Below are positions 13,901 through 25,900 of a DNA stretch of 64,000 bases, piece by piece. Position 1 is the stretch's first letter, and each line of letters opens with the position of its first letter. The stretch comes from Mobula hypostoma. Taxonomy: Eukaryota. The stretch lies in NCBI RefSeq assembly GCF_963921235.1, contig NC_086109.1, positions 34,536,001-34,600,000 of the forward strand, in the 5' to 3' direction. A model generated the notes under the pieces. The model ran no database searches, was not told where the DNA came from, and worked only from the letters and a program-made list of their open reading frames with translations. The position numbers and the translations under genes were made by a program.

Positions 13901-16900
13901 TTTCACAGATTCACCACTGTGGACTAATCTTGTGGTAATAAAGGTCTTTTTGCAAAGCTTTTCTGATAATCAGCTATTTAAAATTTTTTTTTTAAATTAT
14001 TAAACAAAATTTAAAAAGTTAAAAGTAGTAATTATGAATCAACTCTTCCTAAATCCTTGGGTTCACAAAATACAATCGCATGAACCAATTATTAAGAAAA
14101 GTAAAGTACATGTAGTCTTGGGGTCTTGGATAGCTAGGACTTGGAAAATGTTATAGTTCAGAAGTACCGTTACTGCCAAAATCCCATCCTAAAAATGACT
14201 GTCGGTGAGTCTTTACATAGAATGACATAAAAGTAGTTTAATTACATTTTATCAGTTCATGAAATTACTTTCCTGAAAAGAAGGAAAATTATTGCAACAT
14301 AATCAGCAGTTTTTCTATTCCGTAAGACCCTTTGACAAATTTGAGCTCAACTTGACTCGTATCCTATTGTTCTGAATGTTATTTAAGCTTAGGAGAGATT
14401 AAATGCATTATATCAAGCATTATAACTTGTTGGAATTTATTTTGTGAGATCAATGTTGACATGCACCATAATGTATTACAGTTATTCAATTATTTAAAAT
14501 TTCATTTCAAATGCTGTGAATGATAAAATAACAATTAAATATAATTGCTTTAAGCAGCTCAGTGCTGTTGGTTAGCCAGGATACTTTTGAAAAATCTTGT
14601 GATTCTGTGTGTATCCAAGAAATAACATATCTTAAATATTTTTCATGTTTTTAATCAAAGAGTTAAGTAGTACTTCATTTAATGCAACTGATCTTTCCTT
14701 TCAATTGTACAAGGTTTGCAACAAAAGGGAGAAAAGACTTAGTGATGTTACTCTGGAGAAATACGTAGTCAACGTTGCCATGGATATCATGAGTGCCTTC
14801 TTTGGTTCTCCATTCTCTGAAAACAGCACATCACTGGAGGTAATTCACTGGGAAGTCTTCATCATTAACTGGCAGATGAAACAAAACGTACTTTCTTAAT
14901 AACATTCCTTGTCTTCTGCAGTAAGAGTTTTTGAGCACCAAGATAATGGTGGGATTATGGATTGAATTCTGACATGGCCTCAATGATAAAATGCTGGCAC
15001 ATATCTGACATAGAAACAACAGGATAATAGTCTTAGAAGTAACTATCACTATCAGGTTACATACTCAGTAATTTTGGTACATTGTGCTTCTCTTCCAAAT
15101 TTGGTTCCATTGGCTTCAGATCTGTAATAAGTTCATAGACGTTATGTATCCAGATCTCATTAGCCTTTTCTGAAGGTTCAGAACAAAGTTGCTGACATTT
15201 AAACAAATGGAAGATCTACGCTTAAGCACACATGCTCTCGAGTATGGAACATGATGATTTTCCAACAGATTGGGAAGATTGAACTAGTCAGGTTGTTCCA
15301 CTACAGAACTCCATGTTGGAAGGTAACTCCTCAGATTCTGCACCATTTCAGATCTCATTAGTTCCAAATGGGATTGAAGAGAATTAGAGTGTAGACTAGG
15401 GGGATGCTAGGCTACTTGTGTTTTTGTTTTCATATTAGCTTGATGATTGTAATTACTTATAATTAGTGTTATAACTAATTGTATTATAATTATCAGTGCT
15501 TTTCTAGCTGTCAAGTATTTTAAGGAACTTTTTAGTGGTAGGATCTACTGCTTGCACTATCAAAGTCCCTGTGAGCATGCAGACCACTTTGCTGGAATCT
15601 TAAAAAAATAATAGTCTCTTCAGTACTTATGGTCAGATTTCAGATTGTTGGGAGACCAGCATGCAATGGTTCATTATGTTGCGTAGTTGGAGTATGTAAT
15701 CAAGGAAAACTTTCAATCTCCTTGGCTTAAGCGTTGAGCTGCATTGTATGCCTGTCTTCCACATGGATGCAAGCAATCATCTGCCCGAGAGGGTGGACAC
15801 ACAGGTAAGAGATTCCAAAATGGCACTGTGTCACGGCTACTAAGAGTAGTGTACTTTGGTTAAAAGTTATGTGAATTGCACCAGCACATCAAACATTCAT
15901 GTCTGATAAGATGGATGGAAATTTCATTTGAAATGGAATGTGTTTGTGCAAACTACCCATTGTGCGCAACTCTTGTGAGAAGTTTTGCACAGCAAATCTA
16001 TGTCAAGAAGATGGAATGTATTAAATTAATACTTGTCAAATGTAATTCCTTTCTGCATGTGTGTGATACTCTAAATCAGCAGTTTACATACTAATATATT
16101 GTGGTGTGTAATATAGTCATAGAAAAGTACAGCACAGAAACAGGACCTTCAGCCCATCTACTCCATGCTGAAACGTTTTAATCTGCCTGCTCACATTGAC
16201 CTGCACTGGGACCGTAGTCCTCCATATCCCTACCATCCAAAGTCCACTTAAACGTTGAAATCGAGCTCACATGCACCACTTGTGCTGACAGTTTATTCCA
16301 CATCCTCACAACTCTCTGAGTGAGGAAGTTTCCCCTCATACTTCCTTTAAACTTTTCACCTTTTACCCTTAACCCATGACCACTGGTAATAGTCCCACTA
16401 AACCTCATCAGAAAAAGCCTACTTGCATTTACCTTATCTATACCCCTTATAATTTTGTATACCTCTTTCAAATCTCCTCTCAATCTTCTACATTCCAAGA
16501 AATAAAGTCCTATTAAATCTTCCCTTATAACTCAGGTCCTTCAGTCCTGGCAACATCCTCGTAAATGCTCTCTGTACTCTCTCAACTTTATTTAAATCTT
16601 TCCTGTAGGTAGATGACTAAAACAGACACAATACTCCAAATTAGGCCTCACCAATGTCTTATACAACTTCAACATAACATTTCATCTCCTGTACAAAATA
16701 CCTTGATTTTTGAAGGCCAGAAATGCCAAAAGCTTGTGCCTCACACTTGTCTGCATTAAACTCCGTCTGCCAATTCCCTCTGCAAGCTATGATAACTTTC
16801 CTCGCTGCCTACTACACCCCCAGTCTTGGTCTCATCCACAAGTTTGCTGATCCAGTTAATCACATTATCCTCCAGATCTTTAATGTAGATAACAAACAGC

Positions 16901-19900
16901 AATGGGCTGAGCACCAATGTCTGCGGCACTCTACGAGCCACAGACCTCTCGTCAGAGAGGCAACCATCTACTACTACTCTAGATTCTTGTACGAAGCCAA
17001 CGCTGAATCCTTTTTAATATCTCATCTTGATGCCAAGACTCGGAATGTTCTTGACCAATCTCCCTTCCGGTACCTTGTCAAAGGCCTTTCTAAAGTCCAT
17101 GCAGACAACATCCGCTGCCTTGCTTTCACCTATTTTCCTGATAGCTCTTCGAAAAATCTCTGTAAGATTGCTTACACATGACCTACCATGCATGAAGCTA
17201 TGCTGACTATCCGTAATCAGTCCATATCTATTCAAATATTTATATATCCAGTCCCTTAGAATACCTTTCAATAACCTTCGCACTGCTGATGTCACCCTCA
17301 CTGGGCAATAATTTCCTGGTTTATGTTTCTTAAGCAGTGGAACAGCTTTGGCTATCCTCCAATCCTCTGTTATCTCTCCTGTCCCTAAGGATGATTTAAA
17401 TATCTTTGCTGGGGCACTGGCAATTTCTGCACTTGCCTCCTGTAGGGTCAAAGGGAACACCTTGCCAGGTCTTGGGGATTTATCCACCTTGACTTGCCTC
17501 AGGACAGCAAGCACTTCCTCCTCTATAATCTGTACAGGGTCCATGAAGTTGATGCTGCTTTGCCACACTTCTATAGACTCTTTGTCCATCTTCTTAGTAA
17601 TTACAGATGCAAAAAAAAATCCATTTAAGATCTCCCTCATCTGTTTTGGCTTCACACATGGATTACCATTCTGGTCTTCCAGAAGACCAATAATGTCCCT
17701 TGCAACCCTTTTGCTCGTAACATATCTGTAGAATCTCTGAGGATGCTCCTTCACCTTGTCTGCTAGGGCAACCTCATGCCTTCTTTTAGCCCTCCTGATA
17801 TCCTTCTTAATTGTTTGCTTGTATTTCTTATACTCCATAAGCACCCTATTTGTTCCTATCTACCTACATCTGCTATGTGCCTCCTTTGTTTCTTAACCAG
17901 GGCCTTAATATCTCTTGAAAACCAAGGTTCACGACACTTGTTAGCTTTACCTTTCATTCTTACAGCACGTAGATTTGTACTCTCAAAATTACTCCTTATC
18001 AAGTACTCCTTTTCCAGAAAACAGCCTGTCCCAATCATTTGCCAGATCATTTCTGATACCACCAAAGTCGGCCATTCTCCAATCTCAACCCGCAAATCAG
18101 ATCTAATTTTTTGCGTATTTACTTTGAAATTAATGGCATTGTGATCACTAGATGCAAAGTGTTCGCCTACACAAAATTCTGTCACCTGCCCTGTCTCATT
18201 CCCTGATAGCAGATCAAGTATCTCACTCTCTCGTGAATATGATGCCTCATGTGTGGATTCACACAGAAAAGTAATTATGTTAATAACTTCCCCAATTCAT
18301 ATTTTTAATGTTGACATACAAGAGGGAGTAATTTTTTTCTATTTTAACCTGGATGCATACTGTCTGCTTTGTCTTACAGAAACACCAGTCCATCATTGTG
18401 CAGTTGCTCCAGTCCACGAGTCGACTTCTGGATTGCTCATGGCTCACACAGCAGCAAAAGGTTCCAGTGGAAACCTGTATTAGGACACTAGCTACAATGG
18501 GTAAGGTGAAGGAATTTTCTGGAAAAGATCAGAACTTGACATAAATGGGAGCACCCTGCCAAATAACTGGGAAAACAACTGTTAATGGAAAGGAGTTTTT
18601 TTTAGCCCTGGACATTAAAACAAAACCTTACATCAAAATGAATTGTTTTACAGTTGATTAACTGGTCATGTTACATTTTCTTTTACCTCCTAGGCTGAAA
18701 TGAAACTTACTTTTGAGATTTGTGGTTTGTCTCCAGTCTACGTATTTTTATCAAAATAAAACAAGCTGTCAATTCACAATCACCCATCATCCATTGCTCC
18801 CTGTCACTAGCTCCGTGAAAATCCCCTGTCATCCCAATAACAGACAATATCAGGAGAGTTGTTCAGCTGAAGAGCTATATTAACAGGCGTTGCCAATATG
18901 GCAACACCAACCAACAATGGCAGATATTATGCTGCAAAACTCCACTCTGAATATATTTTATTTATTTTCAAGGTAGTTCATTTGGATATTATAGTTGTCT
19001 GGTTGAGTATTTTAGTGATCGCGTTACATGTTGTGTTGGTTGAATTTGGGTATTCAAATCAGAAGAGACTTGTAAGGCCCCCGGTAATTGGAAAAAGCAA
19101 GTCCATTGAGTAGGTCACCTGATTTTCCAAACCAGTGGGAGGAGCCGCTCTAATTGTTATGGTTTATGATTTCAGCAAAAAACCGTAAAATACACCTTCC
19201 AATGGACCTAGATGCTCAGGTTGGTAATGTGTTAAGCAACCATTTACTGGCACTTCAAAGAAATGCTCCAAACGTCAAGGCAAATCCTCGAGCTTTCCCT
19301 CGTGCTGGAGTCGCACCGCAGCAGCTGGACTATAAGAATATCATTGAGAAGCTCCAGGTATGGTGTTTCTTCTTCTTTGATGTAGAGAAATTTCAGAGCA
19401 GGTTTTCACCTTCACTGGGATTCTGCCATCTTTGTGCTTGGTGTCAGTTTCCACCATGTGGTATCAGTAAGGCTTTGCAGAGATTGGATGAACACTACCC
19501 AAATGGGTGTCCTTCTCTGCGGCCACCAATCACCTCTGAAATATTCAAATCTTTGACAGCATCTTCATATTTTTTCAAGCAGAGACTGATGCTGGGTGAG
19601 ATTTTGAACCAAATATGCATTCTTATCATAGTCATAGTCATAGTCATACTTTATTGATCCCGGGGGAAATTGGTTTTCGTTACAGTTGCACCATAATTAA
19701 ATAGTAATAAAATCATAAATAGTTAAATAGTAATATGTAAATTATGGCAGGAAATAAGTCCAGGACCAGGATTCTGGGAAAATGACTCCTTTTATTTATC
19801 TGTAAACTTTCATGCTAATATTTTTGTGACCTGCATTCATTTTAAAATAAAGCGTACTGCGCAGAGTTGTGGGTAAATGAACTTGAATAGTAACTTCTGT

Positions 19901-22900
19901 CTCCTGTGGAACACAAATCAGAAGTGTAGGTGATTGTTTTGTGGTTTTCCAGTACTAAACTGATGATTCCAATCTTCGTTAATGCTGGAAGTATTTCCTT
20001 TGCTTCACTTTCAAAAGATACCACCAACTTTCCTCTTATAACTGAGTCTCCACATTAGAATGGTATCATTTTGTACTCACTTTTGTCTGTGATGAGAGAT
20101 TTCATCCCCAATTCATTTCTCAGTCTGTTCATAAAAGTTCAAAGCAAAATTTATTATCAGAGTACATACATGTCACCACATACAACCCTGAGATTGTTTT
20201 TCTTTTTTCTTTGGGCATGCTTCGCAAACCTATAGAACAGCAACTGTAAACACAATCATTGAACAACAAATTGTGCAAATGCAAATATAAATAAATAGGA
20301 ATAAATAACGAGAGCATGAAAAAACAGATTAAAGTATCCTTAACACTCACAACACGCTGGAGGAACTCAGCAGGTCGGGCAGCATCCGTGGAAACGATCA
20401 GTCAACGTTTCCATGGATGCTGCCCGACCTGCTGTGTTCCTCCAGCGTGTTGTGAGTGTTGCTTTGACCCCAGCAACTGCAGAGTATTTTGTGTTAAAGT
20501 ATCCTTAAAGTGAGACGATTGGCTGTGGGAGCACCAGAAGTAGGATGAGTGTAGTTATCCCCTTTTGTTCAAGAGCCTGATGGTTGAAGAGTAGTAACTG
20601 TTCTTGAACCTGATGGTGCAAGTCCTGAGGCACCTGTACCTTCTACCTGATGGCAGCAGTGAGAAAAGAGCATGGCCTTGGTGGTGAAGGACTTTGATAG
20701 ATGCTGCTTTTCTACGGTAACATTTCATAAACAAGCCAATATGTGTTTTATTTTTGGCAGCTGGAACAATGTGACTTTGAGTTGGTTTTTCACAAATTTG
20801 TTAACTTATTTTAACTTAAAAGCAATACCTTAACATAACTAACTTGACTGATCTTCATTATCTCATGTTTCTTTACAATTGTCTCCTTTCAGCATTGCTT
20901 GTCAAGACCACAGTTGAGTAAAATTCTGAGCCTGCTTTTCGCTTGAGGGTATCTTCTGTGAAGTCAGCTTATTTGCAGTCAGATTGCTTCATGAAATCAC
21001 TTATTAGATGTCATAGTTATCAAAACAAACAGCACCAAAAATGTACCCTTTTTGTCCACCTCATCCATGCCAACCATGATACTCACATCCATGTCCTTCC
21101 TATTAATGCACCTGTCCACACGTATTTTAAACATTGTACTATTATCCGCCTCTATTATTTCCTCTGGCAGCTCTTTCTATACATTCTCCAGTTTTTGTAT
21201 GGAAAAACCTAATCCTCAGAGTTCCTTTAAATTTCTTCCTCAAAGTTTAAATTGGTGCCCTCTAGTTCTAAACTCCTGCCTTGGGGGAAAAAAAAATCTG
21301 CCTATCTATCCTATCTGTGTCCATCATAATTTTATAAACCATAAGACCATAAGACGCAAAAGCAGAATTAACCCATTCAGCCCATCGAGTATCCTCCACC
21401 ATTCCATCACGGCTGGTTCATTACCCCTGTCAACCCCATTCCCCTGCCTTCTCCCCGTAACCTTTGATGCCCTTACTAATCAAAAACCTATCAACCGTCA
21501 CATTAAATATACCCAGTGACTAGGCCTCTACAATTATCTATGGCAATAAATTCCACTGATTCACCATCCTCTGGCTAGAGGAATTCCTAATTACCTTTGT
21601 TCTAAAGGGACATCCCTCTATTCTGAGGCTGTGCCCTCTGGTCCTAGACTCCACCACTATAGAAAACATCTCCATATCAACTCCGTCTAGGCCTTTTAAT
21701 ATTCAATAGGTTTCAATGATATCCCCCCTCATTCTTCTAAACTCCAGCGAGTACAGGCCCAGAGCCATCAAATGTTCTTTATACATTACCCCTTTCATTC
21801 CCTGGATCATTCTCATGAGCATCCTCTGGACCCTCTCCAATGCCAGCACATCCTTTCTTAGATAAAGGGCTCAGAACTGATCATAATACTCCAAGTGTGG
21901 CCTGACCAGTGTCTTATAAAGCCTCAGTATTACATCCTTGCTTTTATATTCTAATCCTGTTGAAATGAATGCTAACATTGCATTTGCCTTCCTTATCAAT
22001 GAATCAACATGCAGGTTAAGTTTTAGGGAATCCTGCACGAGGACCCCAGGTCCCTTTGCACCTCTGCTTTCTGAATTTGTTCCCCATTTAGAAAATAGCC
22101 TATGCCTTTATTCCTTCTACAAATGTGCATGACCATACACTTCCCTGCACTATATTTCATCTGCCACTTCTTTGCCCATTCTCCCAATCTATCCCAGTCT
22201 TTCTGCAGCTAAATCCAGCCTCTCGTGTGTCTCCTTTTTCAGCATTCTCTCTTTTGCTACCAAGTACATCCTACAGCATGTGGACCAGAATTACATGTAG
22301 TGCTATGGGTGTGGTCTGAACAATATTGGGCTTTATTTTACTTCTAATTCTGTTATCGATGTTTGTTTTATTTTCTGTAGGATATCGTCAGCACTCTGGA
22401 AGATCGGCTGCAGCCACTGGTGGAGGCTGAGCTCTCTGTTCTTGTTGATGTCATGCATAAACCAGAGCTGTTGTTTGCAGAAGGAACTGAAGCTAGGGAG
22501 CGCTGTGAGAGTGGAAAGTTTATCTTCAGGTAAGTACAAACAACAAGGCCTGATGGAAATGGAGAATGTTTGTCCTCATACTAAAAGTAACATTATTCTC
22601 CTTCAAAATTAATTAGCATTTTAATATAGATAATGTGATATTAATGGACAAGATACTTCGCTAGAATCCTTAAAAGATAAAAAGAATAAATGAAGATTTT
22701 TCATTAAAATCAGAACAGAAACATTTTTTGGTGTTTTCAAAACATCCTGCATGTTTTAATTTTCAGAACTTTTGATTCTTCTATAAGTGGAGGATATCAG
22801 AATTGAATGAAAGAACATTCCCATTCCACTAACTGACTAACTTTTTGTCTCTCATATTTCTTTGTGCCACTGCCCAAGGAGGAACTAGCATTTGCATAAA

Positions 22901-25900
22901 ACTTTGTTTTCTGCGTATAAGAGTATCTAACAACATATCAGAAATTGGACAGGAATAATTTCTCCTTCCCTTCGCATTCAATAAGGTCTAATCGCTGGTC
23001 TCAACTCCACTTTCCTGCCTAACCCTAGCAACCTAGAGAATTCCAAAGACCTGAAAGACTTTCTATTTTTAAGCTAGATTCATAACTTGCCCAAATGAAA
23101 TTCCACCTCAACTCTGTTTTATGTTTCTTCTCCCTCACCTGGACACTGGTCCCATACCCTACTACCTCCCCCAACGCTGAAACAACATCATCATTGTGTG
23201 CACCCTTTCAAATCCCCTAACAATCTTACATTGTTCAATGAGACCACCTCTAGTTCACAACTTCGGAGAGTATGAATCCTATTTAGAGTACACTCAAAGG
23301 CACTATCAATTCAGCATTTACTTTTACATGATTTACCAAGAATGGGCAACAGCGAGGTTCCTTAATAACTCTTGAATCATTTTTTAATTATTTTGGGTGG
23401 TGAGGGATTTTATTTTAGATTATGAGGACACTCAGTCCTCGTTTATTGTCATATAGTAATGCATGCATTAAAAAAAATGATACAATGTTTCTCCAATATG
23501 ATATCACAGAAACACAAGACAGACCAAGACTAAAACTGACAAAAACCACATAATTATAACATATAGTTACAACAGTGCAAAGCAATACCGTAATTTGATA
23601 AGAGCAGACCATGGACACGGTAAAAAAAAAAGTCTCAAAGTCCCGATAGCCCCAACATCTCACGCAGACGGTAGAAGGGAGAAACTCTCCCTGCCATGAG
23701 CTTCCAGCGCCGCAAACTTGAAGCATCCTGGAAGCACCCGACCACAATCCAACTCTGAGTCTGTCCGAAAACTTCGAGCCTCCGACCAGCCCTCCGACAC
23801 CGAGCACCATCTCTGCTGAGCGCTTCGACCCCGACCCCGGCCGCCAAGCAACAGACAAAGCTGAGGATTCGGGGCCTTCCCCTCTGGAGATTTCAGATCA
23901 CACAGTAGCGGTGGCAGCAAAACAGGCATTTTGGAAGTTTCACCAAATGTTCCTCCGTGCTCTCACGTCTGTTTCCATCAAATCAGAATTGTGCACAGCC
24001 TCCACTTGACAGATAACAGATCCTTGACAGATATTCATCACTGGAGAGGACGCGCGCACTGCGTCGCACCGCCATCTTCTCCTCCCACCTCAATATTTAG
24101 TTCATTGAGGAATGTTAGACAGGTTAATGAGAGAATAGAGAACCTACCTTATAGCTCCAAGGTCTTGGTTGCATATTCTTTCTTTGTCCACATAAGATTC
24201 CTTTTGGTGATTTTGGTTTCCTCACCCATCTTAAAGATGTGTTGTTTGCCTAAATGGATCCTGTAAATTACTCCTTGTGCAGATAAGTAGCAAAAGTATC
24301 AAAAGGCTGTCAAGGGCAAGTGAGAGGGAATCAGCTGCAGGTTAAATAAGGAAGCGAGGTGGGGATCGTCTCAATCGGATTACTCTGCCAGAGCTGGTGT
24401 GGATTTGGTTGGTTGAATGACTATGTTCCGTGTTGTAACATTGAAATTAAGTGTTCGGTATTATTATGGGAACTCTTCAATACACATTGACAGGTAAAAG
24501 GAATGTCTGTGCTTCTGACAATCTCATATTCCTTCAGTGTCTTATTCTGGCTTGATGTTTGAATCAACATAAGAAAACCAAAATACTCTCACCTTTAATG
24601 GAGCAAGTTCTCTGCAAGCAAGAAACCTGAAAATAATAATACCGATGCCTGCCTTGTTGGCAAGGCAGCAGGTTTTTGCCCTAGTGACTTAGCATTGGAT
24701 AAAACAAAACGTGGCTGAGTTAGACTCTGTTCTAATGACCAGTCACAGTTTGGAAGCGATAAACTTACAGGCAGTAACTCATTTTAACATGACCATTTTT
24801 TTAATGTAATAAAATGTCATTGCTTTTGAATGGCCAAGTAGTAATAGTTCTGTAAAGTCTGTAAAAGTCTTGTAGTGCACAAAGACTTGAAAAAGGCACC
24901 GCCTTTTACTTTGAAGCAGGTAATCATGGTTAGTCATATATTTGCTGGAATGGTGTTCAAACAGCCAGTGTAAATTGATTCCTCATTCCATGTGCAGGTA
25001 GATAGACTGTGAAAAGTGAAACAGAATTTGGAATGTAGCCACGTTTATTTCTGAGTTGTGTAATTTCCTTTAATTTACTAAACAGTACACTTAGGTAACA
25101 AAGGAAGGAAAACAAAACCTTTCGAGTCCTGATGAAGGGTCTCAGCTCAAAACATCAACTGTTCATTTCCGTTTATAGATGCTGCCTGACCTATTGAGTT
25201 CCTCCAGTCTTTTGTGTCTCTACCTCTGGCTCTCCAGCGTCTGCAGAATCTCTTGTGTTTCTTACCTGCTGCTCACAATCTTCCACAGCACTACAGAACC
25301 TAGTTGTGAAGATTCATTGGCAATGTGGAAATAAAACTAATTCTGAGGATGTCTTGGTTGAAGATGGTGATACTGTTGGTGGCACCGTCTGTCTGTTAAC
25401 TAGTCACCTATCGTGTTTGGTGGATCGCTTGTGAAAATCAGATGCTGTGTTTGCCCATTTGACCCCACAGCTGTGGAGTACCATGAGATGTGAATAGCAA
25501 TATGAATAGTCAACTCGTTTAGTTTATTTATTTGGAGATATAGCACGGTTCTCCGTGGATTGTCACCTTGTCGTGGTGGAGAAGCTTGTGTGGTCCTGTG
25601 ATCCCGAGAGCAATGCCGCCTGGAGCTATGCTCCTGGTAGGGTCACCCATGGTGGTAAGGTCAAGGGTGAGGTCCCTGACAATGAACAATCCAACCAAGA
25701 CCTCAACGGTGGAACAGGCGGACAAAGTTACTTTGAACTCAATGGCTGTGAAGACGGATGAAGGCTGCAACAAATCCATCAGCTCCAATCGTCGTGGTTT
25801 CCATGCCATTGGAATCAGTTGGTTGACGTGAAGTATTGTGTGCTTCTTGGAGAGCAACATCAAGTCCACGTTAAACAAATACACGCACAGGCGTCTTCGC

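Noticed and set aside
19627..19650. (CATAGT)n, (TTGG)n and (AAAT)n microsatellites as independent repeats
   Set aside because: They are the 3' tails of the adjacent retroelements
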